The notes under the pieces: generated by a model
Seen by the model: only the letters and a program-made list of their open reading frames with translations
Database searches by the model: none
Told to the model about the DNA's origin: nothing
Origin: Phoronis australis
Lineage: Eukaryota > Animalia > Phoronida
Length of the DNA stretch: 64,000 nucleotides
Direction: 5' to 3'
NCBI GenBank assembly: GCA_002633005.1
Contig: NMRA01000397.1
Span: forward strand, 29,722-93,721
Shown: positions 47,357 through 62,300 of the stretch, in pieces
How the letters are laid out: every line of letters starts with the position of its first letter
Numbering within the stretch: position 1 is the stretch's first letter
Position numbers and translations under genes: made by a program

Positions 47357-50300
47357 CTGAAAAATACAATGATATTCTCATTAAGTTTACCAATAAGTGT
47401 ATTTCTCTTATCATTTATCTGAACTAGCAAAAAGTGGGCAACATAACTATCTACAAAATTCTACAGCTTTGTTTTTCATGGCATGGTTACACTGAACTTG
47501 ATAGGAATACACAAATTCAAAGTAAACCCTAGACATAAAAGAGAAAGTCAGTATTAAAAGACTATGCTTAAGAAGTGAACACTACGTTGACAACTAGCAA
47601 AATGTGTGTTGGCACATTGCTTTTGGAAAAATCAAAGAACCAACAAAGGTTGTGTGTTGCAAAGAATTTTTCATTTAAAAGCTCCGGCAACAACTTTTGG
47701 GCCCAAACACCCATTTTATTAATAAGTAATCTTTTAAGCCACACTCTAGAATCTCGAATAAGGTCTAATGCTACCACAATATCACCGAAGGTGTATCTGG
47801 TCAAACACATAGTGCAATGTTTACTTTTGGTCTCTGATCACAGGCACTGGTAGCTACCAACAGCTAGAAATAGTCCTTGCAGTATGTATTTCACAATACG
47901 TACTCACCTTGGAGACAAGGTCACGGGCACCCTCGCTGACGTAAGCAGGAAAGTGCAGGTCAACTTTTGAGATACGGCGGTAGGTGTCCCTGTTACCCTC
48001 GGCCTCAAATGGAGGCCTACCAACCAGGAACTCATAACAGAGCACGCCCAGACTCCACAAGTCTACCTTCTCGTCATGCATTTTGCCCTCTATCATCTCT
48101 GGCGGCAGGTAGTCTAGTGTACCGCATAGTGTGGCACGCCTGTCAATGAATATATACATATTTTCAATTCCAACACTCATATACTGTGCTACACAGCTAC
48201 GTTGAACTTCAGCTACAACAAACATGTAAGGAAGGAAAAGTCCTTGGCAGTTCGGTGTAAAATGGTTTGAATGTAAAGAATACAGTTTTTCAACATTAAT
48301 TGCATTAAAATGACAGCACAGCGTGTTCACCAATGTATGCAAAGAATATTGAAATGAAGAGTAGAATTTGCAATAATCGTTCTCACTCTGAATTATGCAG
48401 CACACACTTCATGCAACCATTTGGAATTTGACCACAGTCCGCAAATTCAAAACTGTGTGTTAGTTAGAGTGCGCAGGGTCCGCATTTTGTGACAATAAAG
48501 CTCTTTGCAAAGTGTTACGCATTCCCACTATGCGTGGGGACTCAGATCATGAGGTAAAATTAACCACCCATGACGGTTGTCTTGTAATAAGTGCCCATGT
48601 TGGTTAACCGCTGACCCCCAATTTCTTGAAATTTCACGTTTAAGCACCCATGTCTGGTTAGGGCTGTTCCAGTAAAATCCGTGTGGGAGGGGGGGGGACG
48701 GCAGTAGAAATAAAAATTCATGGGTGGTGGTCTTCAGAAAAAAACTCAAATTATGGGTGGTCATTCCTGTAAGAAGTGATGCATTAAAAATGGGTGGTAT
48801 TTTTTGACCTGTTAATGTTGACAGGTTGGTTACTTCAGCCATCAAAACTCAAAAAAATGCAATTGGCATATATCCTAACTTATCCCAATTCAAAAAAGCC
48901 CATATTGCCAGTGAACAGAGTGCAATATGTTCACCAAGCCATTAATCAAGTCATGGGCAACTTGATTTGAGCCAACTGTTTGTCTGCAGTCCTATTGAAT
49001 TGAAAAGTTTTGCAACATTAAACTGGTGTTAACACATAAAAGAAAACTGATGATTTTTAAATAAAAAGTATGAGGAGTAAGATAAACAAGTTCCAATATT
49101 CACTTGACATAGTAGTATAAAAGAGTTCGTGGAGACAGTTTGAGATTCATAGATCCTTATAATTAAAAAAATGTTCATTGACATTATAGACATATGGTGA
49201 ACAGAGACACCTGGTGGCTGTCAAAAGTATTGCTCACAGGCTACTTTAGTTTTTGACAATATTGGACAAGACAACTACTAGTTCTTGTCTGTCAATCATC
49301 TAAGATCTTAACAGGTCATCTTGGAGGCAATTTGTTTGCAAGTGTTGGATTTTATATTTTAACCTATTAAAAATAATTAAAAAATTATGGGTCATGGGTT
49401 GGAGAAATAAATGAAAAATATGGGTGGTGGGTACGAAATAAAAGTGCCTTCCCCCCCCTCCCATACAGATTTTGCTGGAACAGCCCTTAACCGCCCTCCC
49501 CCGAATTTTTGAGTTCGCCAATTTAACTGCCCAGGGTGTTAACCCGAACGTTTACGGTAGATGAATACTGTACATGTAAATCCATTTGACCTGCGCAAAA
49601 AATCAACTCACACATGCAGTGACAAGTTTTTAGTGTAAGACTAGTCAAGTTTTACCTGGAGGAGGGTGCGTGCACCGACCAGCCGAAGTCGGCAATCTTC
49701 AGTTCACCACGTAGACCCAGGAGCAGGTTCTCGGGCTTGATGTCGCGGTGAATCACTTTCTTCTCATGGCAATAGATGAGTGCATTGGCTAGCTGGGAGA
49801 TATACTGCAGCAGACAAGGAATGGAGTGAACATTTTGAGAGGATAATAATAAATATAATGTGTAGTACACTTGTCCCACAGCTGCACACTGTTGCTGGTA
49901 TGCTAACCACTACTTTTCATGATTATGTGACATTCGAATGTTAATCATGTTTTACTGGTTCACAGTGATTTGCAATGACATAAAAATGAAACCTGAGTAA
50001 GGGCTGTTCCAGTAAAATCTGTATGGGAGGGAGGGAAGGCACCTTTTTTCGCACCCACCACCCATATTTATCATTTATTTCTTCAGTCTACCACCCGTAA
50101 TTTTTTATAAGTTTGAAATGCAACCACCCGTAATTATTTTTGTAATTGTGGTTGACTGCACAGGCGCTTGAGTTTATCTGTTCCTCCATCACCACTAACG
50201 TCATTCATTACTAAGAAAACATATGTTTCTTATATATGGTTATTAGCCATCGAGAAATTCGAACACCTGTGGTTAAATGGTGTTATGGGCATGCCGATGA

Positions 50301-53300
50301 GGAGATCGGAGGGAGTGAAAAAGTCGGAGCTTTTTGCAAGTTGCATTTTTGTTTCAGTTTTTGATTCTGTGCGGATTGTTTATAAAATTTACTAAAATTA
50401 CCCACCATCGAACATTTATGGCCCAATGAAACAACAACGATCTGTAAATTTAAATTTTTTTGAAGTACGACCACCAGCCACTTTGAATTCAAATCAAACG
50501 CAACCACCCATAAATTTTTATTTCAGTTGCCTTCCCCCCCTCCCACACAGATTTTGCTGGAACAGCCCTAACTAAAGTGAGATGAATTGTTCTTTACTTG
50601 TCTAACTCAGATTAGAAGACTCCCAAAAAGTAGGTCAAACAATCATACAATGTGTTTTTCTATCTCTGGAAAAGAGGGAAGAGTAGTGGGAATTTCTGTG
50701 CACAGAGAAACGGTGTAAATACAATGAAATAAAAAGGCTATATTGGCACACTCTCTTGTAATAGCACTAAACCTATGCATGAGGAACTTTTCAAACTTTA
50801 ATATTAGTCATTCAAGATGGTGACTAGCAAAGAAAATTGATGAGCTGAAAGGGAAATGTAACTTTTTGGAAGACATTTTGGTCTGTTTGGCAAATGTTAC
50901 TTACTCTGAGAGGTATTCTATAAAAAACAAATTGCATTGCTTGGACTGAAAATTTGCAGATGTCTCTGTCATTAATAGTTATCAGAGTGAAAAAGCAAGG
51001 GAAAACAGCTGAATCCTGAAACACTTTCAGTTCGAAGGAGAAACACCTTGATTAATTTCATTTTTATAGAAATTGATAAAAAAATTCCAAAAAGTGTTTG
51101 TAATAAGTAAAATATATGAAATTGACAAAAAAGACCTGACATTTGTCTTTAAATACTAAATAGTGTATTTTAATGTTTAAAGTGAACAAGTGAGCCACAA
51201 GCTAGTTTAGCACAGATATCAAAGTATTGGCATTGTTCAACTCCAAAGATATGGCAGTCATTGCAACAACACAGTCAATCTCATTCAAGGATGCAATGTG
51301 GTGGACAAATGGTGATCTCATTTTTTCATCAAAGATAAGTACCAAATTAATTATGCTTGATCACTTTAAATTCTACTACTACTGACATACAATATCAAGA
51401 AGTGTTTAGGGCATTTGCAAAAATGTTGGAAGCCTTTTTGACAAGCCTGTTTTGACAAGTACTTTTTGTCGGATATTAGAAAGATAGTACTGTATAAAAC
51501 ATCTAGACGTTGTTCTATCTTTAGTATTTAAGGCAGTCAAAACAGCAGTCAAAGTACTCACCGTAGCAGCTCTCTTGTCATCAAAGCGTTCATTTTTCTG
51601 CAGTTCTTTGTATAGCTCTCCACGTGGAGCATACTCAAGGACAAGGAATATTCGCTTGGCATCATAGAAATAACCGTACATGCGTAGAATGTTAGGGTGT
51701 CTGAAACAGAAAAGACAATGTGTTACAAGTGACTACCTTTGATAACTATAATACAGTATTTGATAAATACCCAAATAGTACACAATTTAATATTCCTAAC
51801 ATGTTTGGAGGTGCATGGCCTCATTCTCAAAGGTACAAGATTCAGCATGATGTAAAGGTCAAGGTCACAAGTAAAAGGTCATGCAGGTATGAGACATGAT
51901 AGGTCATTATGCAGATGTTTGTTAGATACACTAAGATATACGTGTATTCAGATGTTGACGCCTTTGCCAACATAATGCTTGTACATTCAGGGATGGTTTT
52001 AACCAATGAATATACAAAGTCTCTTTAAGTTTAAGTATATAGTGTGTCTTCGCACTGTGCAAGATAAATTGGACACTAAGTATTCTGACATGCATTCTGG
52101 ATGATCATATAGATGTTTGTAGATGTTAGAACCTCTGATAGATACATGCTCAGGCATACAATGCATTATGCGGAATTATCAATGACAGCATGAAATTTAA
52201 GCAACTAGACAGTGATCCCACTCTGCAAAAGAAGGCTAAACTACAGAGGTATTTACCATCGCTAAAAAAGAAAGAATGCTTCACTGATGATGAACAACAT
52301 CTATCCGTGTGGTTCAGATCAGTACCTGGCAGACTGTATGGGTTACCAAAAATGCACAAGGACTTTGAGGGCAACACTCCAGCAATTCGACCTATAGTGT
52401 CCTCTACTGGGACACGTTTATGCACTCTGAAAGTTCCTATGTAAGATGTCCCCTTTCATACCTGATGACTATTGCACTGCGTGACTCATTCACATTTGTG
52501 GAGCAGATTCAGAATGCTAGTAAAACATTATCTCATGGCTATATGACATCCTCAGACATTAAGAGTTTATTTACTAACTTACCTCTTAAGGATACGTGTA
52601 CCTCTATCTCAATAAATTCTGTAGTTTTTTTTAAAAATATTTCTCTTATTCATGGCAAAACATGTGAGAATTTCAAATATTTTTTCATTTTACCCTTACT
52701 AGTACAACTGTATTTTTCTACTTAAAATTGCTTTTTCGAAAGACCTTCCTAGAACATGAAACTTGTTTACCTGCGATGTGTAAACGAAATCATATTTCGC
52801 GCCAAATTTGTCCCACAATGCAAAGTCCTATTGTTCATCAGTAGACTATTAGGCCCATTCCTCAAGACGCTGTCGTGGTCAGCTGCTGAGTGTCGCCCAG
52901 CATACTATTCATTGTTGATAACCGATATACAGTTCGTAAACGGAGGGCAAAATTAGCTTAAAGCAACTGAGAAACAAACTTTTGCAGCACATGCATTATA
53001 CTCAGAGAAAGTAACTCCAGCATTAATCCTGAAGGTCATGATTCAGGAGTGATACAACTTACTCAGTTATGACAATGGCATTATTTTGAACTCAGGAGAC
53101 GATTTGTATGCGTTAAAATATTGCCCTTCGTTATCCATAGGCTTTATAATGGATCCTATGTGATACTCAAACCCTAAACTGAGATCGTGACTTATTTTTA
53201 GAAATGCCATTGCCTGAGAGAATGCTTGTAGGCCGTACTGCCAGTCTTCGTCTGTATCGCAACTTAGGAAAGTGTAAAAAATGTCAATCAGCTACATCTT

Positions 53301-56300
53301 AGCAGAGTTCAGAATTTTCATCGCATACTTCTCTCCGAGCCAGTTCTAAGTTTTGTTTTGTCTTTGACACTGGCATTTCCCCCCGTACTAATTCTACCTT
53401 TCAATCACTTACATTGACGCACTGCTATGCGAGGTGACCTAATTTCATAAGCATCACCTTGTGATGGTCATGTGACACGTACAACAACTAATTTCTATGA
53501 CTCCGGCAAGTGTGCAAAAAAGATTAATTGGTTCAGTCTCATAAAGTTTAAGTATCTATCGAAAACATGACTTGTAGAAGTATGAGCACATTTCACCAGC
53601 TGTCACAGCCACCAAGAACAATTTAAATCTAAATACAACGGCAAAATGGTGAGTGGGCTAGAGATAACACAAAACGGCATTTTTCTTTGTTCGTTGTTTA
53701 GGCCTGGCGACTAATTTGGAATCACAATTTCTTCGAAAATAGCCAAAGGAATTCCTTGGTGTTTAAATTCTCAGAGAGCACATTCATTCAATACGAAAAT
53801 AGTGTCTCAGATTTACGATTAGAGGTTTTAATGATTTTTTATGATTGATTTAGGATTAAGTGATATTGATTTTGAAAAACTTAAAGGATACTTTTCAGAT
53901 TAAAAAAAAATAACGGTTTGTTTTATTCAAAATCTCAGACATGGTTTTGGAGCAAATTTGCTAAAGTTTTGTTGTCCAAAGTCTCAACAGTGAAGGTTAA
54001 AGGATCAATTTGTTATTGATGTACCTTTCAAAAACAGAACTTTTTCACCCAAAATGCTACAACGATACAATGTTTTGGATGACATAGACTTTCCTGGGTT
54101 GATTGAGGCTAGTTAATTTGATATTTTAGGATTACAATATACCATAATAATTAGGGGTACACATAACTAGGTCAGTTTTCTGCAATTGTGCAGAAGCGTG
54201 TACACAAACTTTTAAGCGTTATTATGTTGATCTTTCTTAAGCGTTATTATGTTTTCCTTTTTTCTAACGCTCATATACCGTGNCAGTTCGTAAACGGAGG
54301 GCAAAATTAGCTTAAAGCAACTGAGAAACAAACTTACTAGTAATCAACTGCAGCACATGCATTATACTCAGAGTAAGTAACTCCAGCATTAATCCTGAAG
54401 GTCATGATTCAGGAGTGATACAAGTTACTCAGTTATGACAATGGCATTATTTAGAACTTGGGAGACGATTTGTATGCGTTAAAATATTGCCCTTCGTTAT
54501 CCATAGGCTTTATAATGGATCCTATGTGATACTCAAACCCTAAACTGAGATCGTGACTTATTTTTAGAAATGCCATTGCGTGAGAGAATGCTTGTAGGCC
54601 GTACTGCCAGTCTTCGTCTGTATCGCAGCTTAGGAAAGTGTAAAAAAGTCAATCAGCTACATCTTAGCAGAGTTCAGAATTTTCATTGCATACTTCTCTC
54701 CGAGCCAGTTCTAAGTTTTGTTTAGTCTTTGACACTGGCATTTCCCCCCGTACTAATTCTACCTTTCAATCACTTACATTGACAAACTGCTATGCAAGGT
54801 GACCTAATTTCATAAGCATCGCCTTGTGATGGTCATGTGACACGTACAACAACTAATTTCTATGACTCCGGCAAGTGTGCAAAAAAGATTAATTGGTTCA
54901 GTCTCATAAAGTTTAAGTATCTATCCAAAACATGACTTGCAGAAGTATGAGCACATTTCACCAGCCACCAAGAACAATTTAAATCTAAATACAACGGCAA
55001 AATGGTGAGTGGGCTAGAGATAACACAAAACAGCATTTTTCTTTGTTCGTTGTTAAGGCCTGGCGACTAATTTGGAATCACACTTTCTTCGAAAATAGCC
55101 AAAGGAATTCCTCGGTGTTTGAATTTTCAGAGAGCACATTCATTCAATACGAAAACAGTGTCTCAGATTTACGATTAGAGGTTTTATTGATTTTTTATGA
55201 TTGATATAGGATTAAGTGATATTGATTTTGAAAAACTTAAAGGATACTTTTCAGATTAAAAAAAATAACGGTTTGTTTTATTCAAAATCTCAGACATGAT
55301 TTTGGAGCAAATTTGCTAAGGTTTTGTTTTCTGAAGTCTCAATAATGAAGGTTAAAGGATCAATTTGTTATTGATGTACCTTTCAAAAACAGAACTTTTT
55401 CACCCAAAATGCCACAACGATACAATGTTTTGAATGACATAGACTTTCCTGGGTTAATTGAAGCTAGTTAATTTGATATTTTAGGATTATAATATACCAT
55501 AATAATTAGGGGTACACACAACTAGGTCAGTTTTCTGCAATTGTGCAGAAGCGTGTACACAAACTTTTAAGCGTTATTATGTTGATATTTCTTAAGTGTT
55601 ATTATGTTTTCCTTTTTTCTAACGCTCACATACCGTGTATGAGTTCCGTTGTGCAAGCTGTGGTGCCTGTTATGTAGGCAAAATGGGTCAACATATATGA
55701 ATACGGATAAATCTGAACATGTGTCTGTCAGAGGTTCTAACATCTACAATCATCTGCAAGGTCATCCAAAATGCAAGACTATTTATTAGATTCTAACTTG
55801 AATATTTGCAACAAAAGCTGAATGAAATTTACAAATGTTAAGCTTAAAATAAAACTACCCTATTAACAAAAAGTAACTGTCATGAATTACTTTCAATTAC
55901 GTAAGCGTGTTTTAAAAAAGTTGTGTCATGTGGTTGAAAGTCTTAAACAAGTAGAGATTTTGGGCAAAAAAAGATTTTTTTGTTTTTTTACAGTTCATGT
56001 GAGAAAACAAATCCTACACTTGTCTCAGATCGATGACATGGGCAACACCTCTTGGAAATTTCGTCAAAATCCCTCGGCCTACCGAGGTTTTGCCCATGTC
56101 ATAAACCTGAGACTCGCGTAGGATTCTCTATATAGAGGTATTGCTATCAGCGTGGATGCGCCAGCACCAATTGATTTTCGGACGAATTTGATTACTATGG
56201 TATCCCATTTTGAGTGTTTTAGTTTTTGATAAGCCTTCCTTGTGCGTCGATTATCTCAAAAACTGCTCGACAGATCACAGTGAAGTTCGATACCGAGGTA

Positions 56301-59300
56301 TATGGTGAGAATAAGCCCACACCAGTAAATTTTTGGACGAATTCAACAACTGTGGCACCCCCTTTAAATTTTCGACTGATCAAGTCATTGCTTGTCCATC
56401 GATTATCTTGAAACCCCTTTAAGGATCGTGATGACAATTGGCATTGAGATCGATGGCTGGTATGCGTCGGCACCAGTCGATTTTTGGACAGATTTGGCTA
56501 CTGTAGCCCTCTCTGTAGGCCACTTTAGTTTTTGACAAGACAGTGATTATCTCAAAAAGCGCTTGCCACAACTGGATAAAATTTGGCACAAAGATATATA
56601 ACAGGAGTAGATGCGCTGACAACGTCGCTTTTCGGTCTGATTCGACCACCCTCTTGGTAGCTTTAGTTTTTGACAATATTCGACAAGAGAGATAGTTCTT
56701 GTCTACTGATTATATTAACACCTAACAGGTCATCCTAAAGGCAATTTGTTTACAAGTGTTGCACTTTATATTTCAACCTAATTAAAATTATGGGCCATAG
56801 GTTGGCGAAATAAAAGAAAAATATGGGCAGTGGGTAAAAAATGAAAGTGCCTTTCCCCTCCCATACATTTTTTGCGTAAACAGCCCTCACCTAGACAAAC
56901 CCACGTTGGCGACGACCAGGTCGTAGGCCTAATCTCGTACTAGACTAGCGTTACTTCTATAAAAATCTACGGAGTAGGTCTATATCATTTTAACAAAAGA
57001 CCAGTTGATAAGTTTACAAAAGGTGTTTGCAGCACTTGAGTTATTCCACAAATGCCGGCTGAAAAACATACTTTTTGAGACAATTATAGGCAGGTGTAAG
57101 CACGTCGTGTTACGGCAAACACAGAAGTCTGAGCCCGAGCCAAAGCTATGAACAAAAGCACGAATTCAGGCGCAAGTTCTACAAGCGTTAAGTTGGGGAT
57201 GGGTGATTACGCGAGAGGTGAGCGCTTACGTGGAAATTTGCACAAAGTAGGGGATGGGCGATTACTCAAGCAGTGGGCGCTTAACCCGCAAACTGACAAA
57301 AAGTCGAGAAAAGACGATTACCAGGGCATGGGCGTAAACCAGTGACTTTACGGTATTACACAATAGCACACTTGGAACCAATGGCAGAGCTGATGGCAAC
57401 CCAGCATGTGAGAGGACTTCCTGTTATGACAAAGATTTGTGAGACCAGAAACAGTCAAAAAGGGTGAAAATGTTCTGCTGAGATCCAGAATTGACCACTG
57501 TACGCCGTTTCATACCTATCAAAATGTTTGTCAGAGAAGGGACAAGACTTCATGGGACATGAAGAGAGGATGTTCAGAAACAAATGTATCATCTAGACCT
57601 GCAAAAGGCAGTACAAACAAGTACCGCAACACATGGACCATAATTTCAATCCAAGTGCTAAATCTAACAAGGCTGGACATACATTGCTCTAATAAACCAT
57701 GAGGCTCCTCGACCAGTTTGAATGCCTCATTAAATCAACTCCTTCTGAAACCCTAATCCAACCCAACTCACCTGAGGTGTGACTGTATCTCAATCTCCCT
57801 CCTCAACTGGTACTCAACGCCTGCCTCTTGCAGTTGTGACTTAAACAGCAGTTTCAGTGCCACAATAAACTTGCTATGCTTCTCCCGTGCAAGGTAGACA
57901 TTGCCAAACTTGCCTTTGCCCAGAGGCCGACCGATCTCAAAGTCTCCTAGATCCCAGTTTGACCTAAAAGAGATAATGACAATTATATAATCATACAAAC
58001 ACCCACATCTACTTCCAAGCAGGCCCTCTCCTCCAACCAGAAAACAAACCCAAACACTACTCCCCCTTCATCCCGAGTCAACACAGATGGCTCTATCAGC
58101 ACATGGGTAAACATACTCCATACTTATAGTATATCAGGCTGGCAGAATTGAATTGTAGGTTTTTATATTATATATCCCATTAGTTATTAGGTTTCTTTTA
58201 CAAGGGTGAGTCACAACTGATGGGGGTCAGTTGCCCTTGTTAGCCCTTGTGCTTTTGGTCAATGTACATAATATTGTAGTTTCTTATATTTTTTGTATTT
58301 TCATTGAGAACAAAGCTGCTGCATCATGCCTGGGCTCCTTGTGTTGAACACAACATAATATAAGTTGGAACATTTGGAATCTATTGGTCAATTGAAAATG
58401 ACGCAGAGAATCATCAGGTATTGAGCACAATCGTTGAAAAATACAACAGTGAACAACTATATCATCAAAAACTTGGGATATAACCAGGCGTTCATGCAGC
58501 GTACGTCCTGGGCGTCAGGCCTTTATCCAGGATTTCGAAAATAGGGTGTCCAAAATGGGGTTCCCAATATTCCAGGGCGTCCACGATTCCGACGCGTAAC
58601 CCCCCACCCCCAGCAATCACCCCAAACACACAGATTTTTTACAAAAAACCCATAAACCAAAGTTTACAAAACAGCCTTCTGTAGTAAGCATTTTTACTAA
58701 AAAAAATGTAGACCAAGACTTTTACAATGCTATCAACGAAGTGTGAGCATTATTACTTTGTACATACAATGTATGTTTCTTCCTGCTTTGAAAAAAAGAA
58801 CCCCCACTGTGAGCCTTCAGAGGCTTCCTAGTATTCATTACAATGTGAGTCCAAACTTGAAAGGTTCCTATTGACAGTGGGCGGCCAAATGATACATTGG
58901 GCGTCCTTGCCAGGGCTTCCAGATTAGTGCTGTACAAAGGCCTGCTGGGCGTCCAAATGGACCCTCTAGCACTAATCTGGACGCCCTGGCAAAGACGCCC
59001 AATGTATCATTTGGACGCCCACTGTCAATCAGAATTTCTCCAGTTTGGACAACCACATTGTAAGATTACTAAGACTCCCAATTAATGAAAGATGGGTGAT
59101 AGTTCAAGAGAGAATTGTTGGCCCTTTCAACCCAGAAAAAATGTACAATGTATATAAAATATTGCAATGTTCAATCATTAGCAGGTGTTAGGTTACGAAA
59201 GTTTGTACAATTGCAGTCTCTGCTTTCAATGGAATTAATTCTAATTGTAATTCAGTGCTTTATAGAGGAACACTGACCTTGGTTAACTCCAAGCTGGTGT

Positions 59301-62300
59301 TTCAGAGGTGTAGTTTCATGTCTTTCATCTTTTTGAAAAATATCAAAGCAAAATAAACGTCATTACTTTAATAACCTATTGTGCCACAAGAATATGCCCA
59401 TTTAAAATGTTTGAGTTGGCGCCCGTTTCATGCTTTTCTATGTGTTTTGATATGAAACAGCTGTGACACCTGTTGGCAAAATGTGAACCACACATCAGTG
59501 AATTTTTACTTGTTCTTGTGTTGGTAACTGCAGCTCTGACGACTCATTGTACAGAATATAAAGCTCGTTAAGATATGATAAACTTTATAACAGCAATTTG
59601 ACTCGAGATCACAAAAAACAGAGCACTCAATGTTCAACCAATATCTGTAATTGCTTGGTAAGCTATTTGGCTGTGTTCGTAAAGTTAGGCATAAAAGTCT
59701 TGAACCACGCATGTTCTTCTGTCGCTGGAAATGTTTCTCTTAAAAAAATTAAAACCGAGACCGGCAAGAGATTTTTTTAGCTATGCTGCTGCTACAATAT
59801 GAATTCTATCAGCTCAGAAATTAAACGGTTCAATTCAATAAATACTTAATAAACTTAATATTAAAAAGTGGCTGTAATTTACCTAACCCTTTTATACACA
59901 GCCTGTCTTAATCATATCATTTGTTTCTCATTGTCATAAATACTCTCACTGCTTGGAGTCATTTCATCTCTCTTAGTTAAATTTTCACCATTGTTTGTCA
60001 TTTATTTATTGTCTTAATTTTTAACCTCTTTTAATTGCATCTTTTTCACGTATATTTAATTGTTGTTTTATTACTTCATTGTATTTTATGATCAACATAT
60101 GTCCCGAATAATAGAAAAATGATACGTGCGTCGCAAGCTCGTACCAGAGATGAAAAGGAGACGGAGGTAGGCGATATAAGGTCATTTATTATGTCTAGTA
60201 CAATAACAATATAATGAATACAGGTAAATGACATATAAGTTTTTGAACATACGACAATGTGGCCGGAACAAAGATGAACTGAAAGCGTGGTTACCATAAC
60301 AAGGAAAACACCCCTAACGACACGTGACAATCATCAGCCTATAAGAGCCAAGAGCTGACCAAACTTGAGGCACATGATAACAACAGACCAACACAAAGGC
60401 TGGGAAAACAACGTGTAGTCCTACACAAAGGAATAATGGAATAGACTGAAATGCGGGGGGAAATGAGTAAGACGGGTCCATATGCTCACACAAATATACT
60501 AGTATTTAACGAGTGAAATAGCATATATTACTATTTTTGTTGTTGAGGGCCCTCTTGGAAAGCAGTGCTATCACTGAAGAGGCCACCCCTCGGTCACCAC
60601 CAACAACAATTTGGCGATTGTTTTTTGTTCGAAATTGGAGAGGCAGAGTTTAAGCATATTGGTACTGTGGAAATAGCAACATAGATGGAGGTCGAACCGG
60701 AATTCAATATATTTATCTCTAAACTCTAGAAAGCTATAATACTTAATCTCCCCCAAGAACATATGCAAACATTTTAAGTAACAAGAGCAACGCAGAGCGT
60801 TGAAATGCGCCCACAATTGCACCGCATACGGTATCCTTCTAGGGTTGTTTATTGGTACCACAAAGTGGCCAGTAGAGGGCATATATGTAGTATGTTGTAC
60901 TTAGCAAAATGGAAAGGCATGGTCATTGTCTCCTCAATAGGCTAGGGGCAAAATGTGAGTAATCTTCATAATACAAGCACATCCTATANAGCGTTACTCA
61001 TATTTCCAGTATGGATCAGGGATGATCTATTATGGTGAATTGTAGAACCGGATTTGGTGACAACATGGTAAGACCTCGGGTTTGCAGAACTCTCTTTCAC
61101 CTCTCCGAATTTCTCTACGTCTCCAACATCCAATAACGAACGGGACACTGTTCGGTATCTGCGATCAAAATTCGCTTTGTTCCTTTGGTCAAGTTGAATT
61201 TCTTTTGCTCTTATGGACTGATTATCAATGGAACTTTGGAGGAGGGCTTTAGGCATGATCGGCTTCTCCGTTGGACTGGGTGTAGAGAAGCAAAGATGTC
61301 ACGTGAACAAAACCGTAATCTTTAGCAAATCTCAAAACTTTGGCAGGCATACTGAGGATGATTATCAGACAATACTATGTTGGGAATCCCATGAGAGCTA
61401 AACATCGACTTCAAGGCTTCTATAGCATTATTTTTTGTGTGTCGCCTGAGAAACTTTTTGTTGTGTAGACTGATTTTTCTGTGGAATCAATTTTTTGTTT
61501 GAAACTGCAGACTTCTTCTGGTGAAACTTGGGTTTGTTGTGCCGTTTAACAAACTCAACCGCGGTTTCAGCTTTGCCAGACATCACTTGTTTCTGAGTGC
61601 GTGAACCTTCTGTTGCCTGTAGATTCTCAATGGCTTTTGCGAGGCTTGGTATAGGGCATTCTCTTAGGAGTCTCTCATGTCCTGCAACATCAGCCTGCCC
61701 AACGACTACTTGGTCTCTGATCAGTGAGTTTTTCAGTTTCCCAAATTTGCAGGAGTCGACCAACTTGCGTAATCTTAGGACAAACACATTGATGGTTTCT
61801 CCAGCTTTTTGGACTGCTTGGTTGAATACAAATCTCTCGTGAAGAACATTTTTCTGAATTACAAAGTGTGCCTTTAAGGCATCAATGATCTTCTGAGGAT
61901 TGTGTCTGTCTTCTGAACTAACGTTAGGTAAGTTACACAGTACTCGCTTACACTCCTGCCCAATGACAGAGCAGAGTGTTGCAGCAACAATAGAGCCCCC
62001 TTTCGGGTCTGGGGTACCATCCGCCTTAACCATTTTTGTATCTAGTTCTGTGATGGTCATGCAGTCTATCCATGCAGTTTTGGCACTGGTATCTGATATG
62101 TAGCCATTTTTGTAATGTTGTCAGATTATATGTCACTTCGTTAACGAGTTCACTAATGTTGCGTGTCACTCGTGCACATACTGGTAAATTCATTCTGTTA
62201 GTAAATTCACTAACTTCTGTGTATTGCTGCTTATAATATAGTCGCGTGTAAAAAGTTATCATACAGAGCCTCATACATTGTGCGCGTGCTCCTTTCACGT

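Noticed and set aside
59278-59328. Possible extra Aurora exon (AG/GTCAGT flanked)
   Set aside because: Open in phase 1, but the flanking exons require phase 2, where it gives an immediate TGA.
60100-60490. Solo LTR inside the LINE tail
   Set aside because: TG...CA-like ends are possible, but there is no convincing TSD or second copy.
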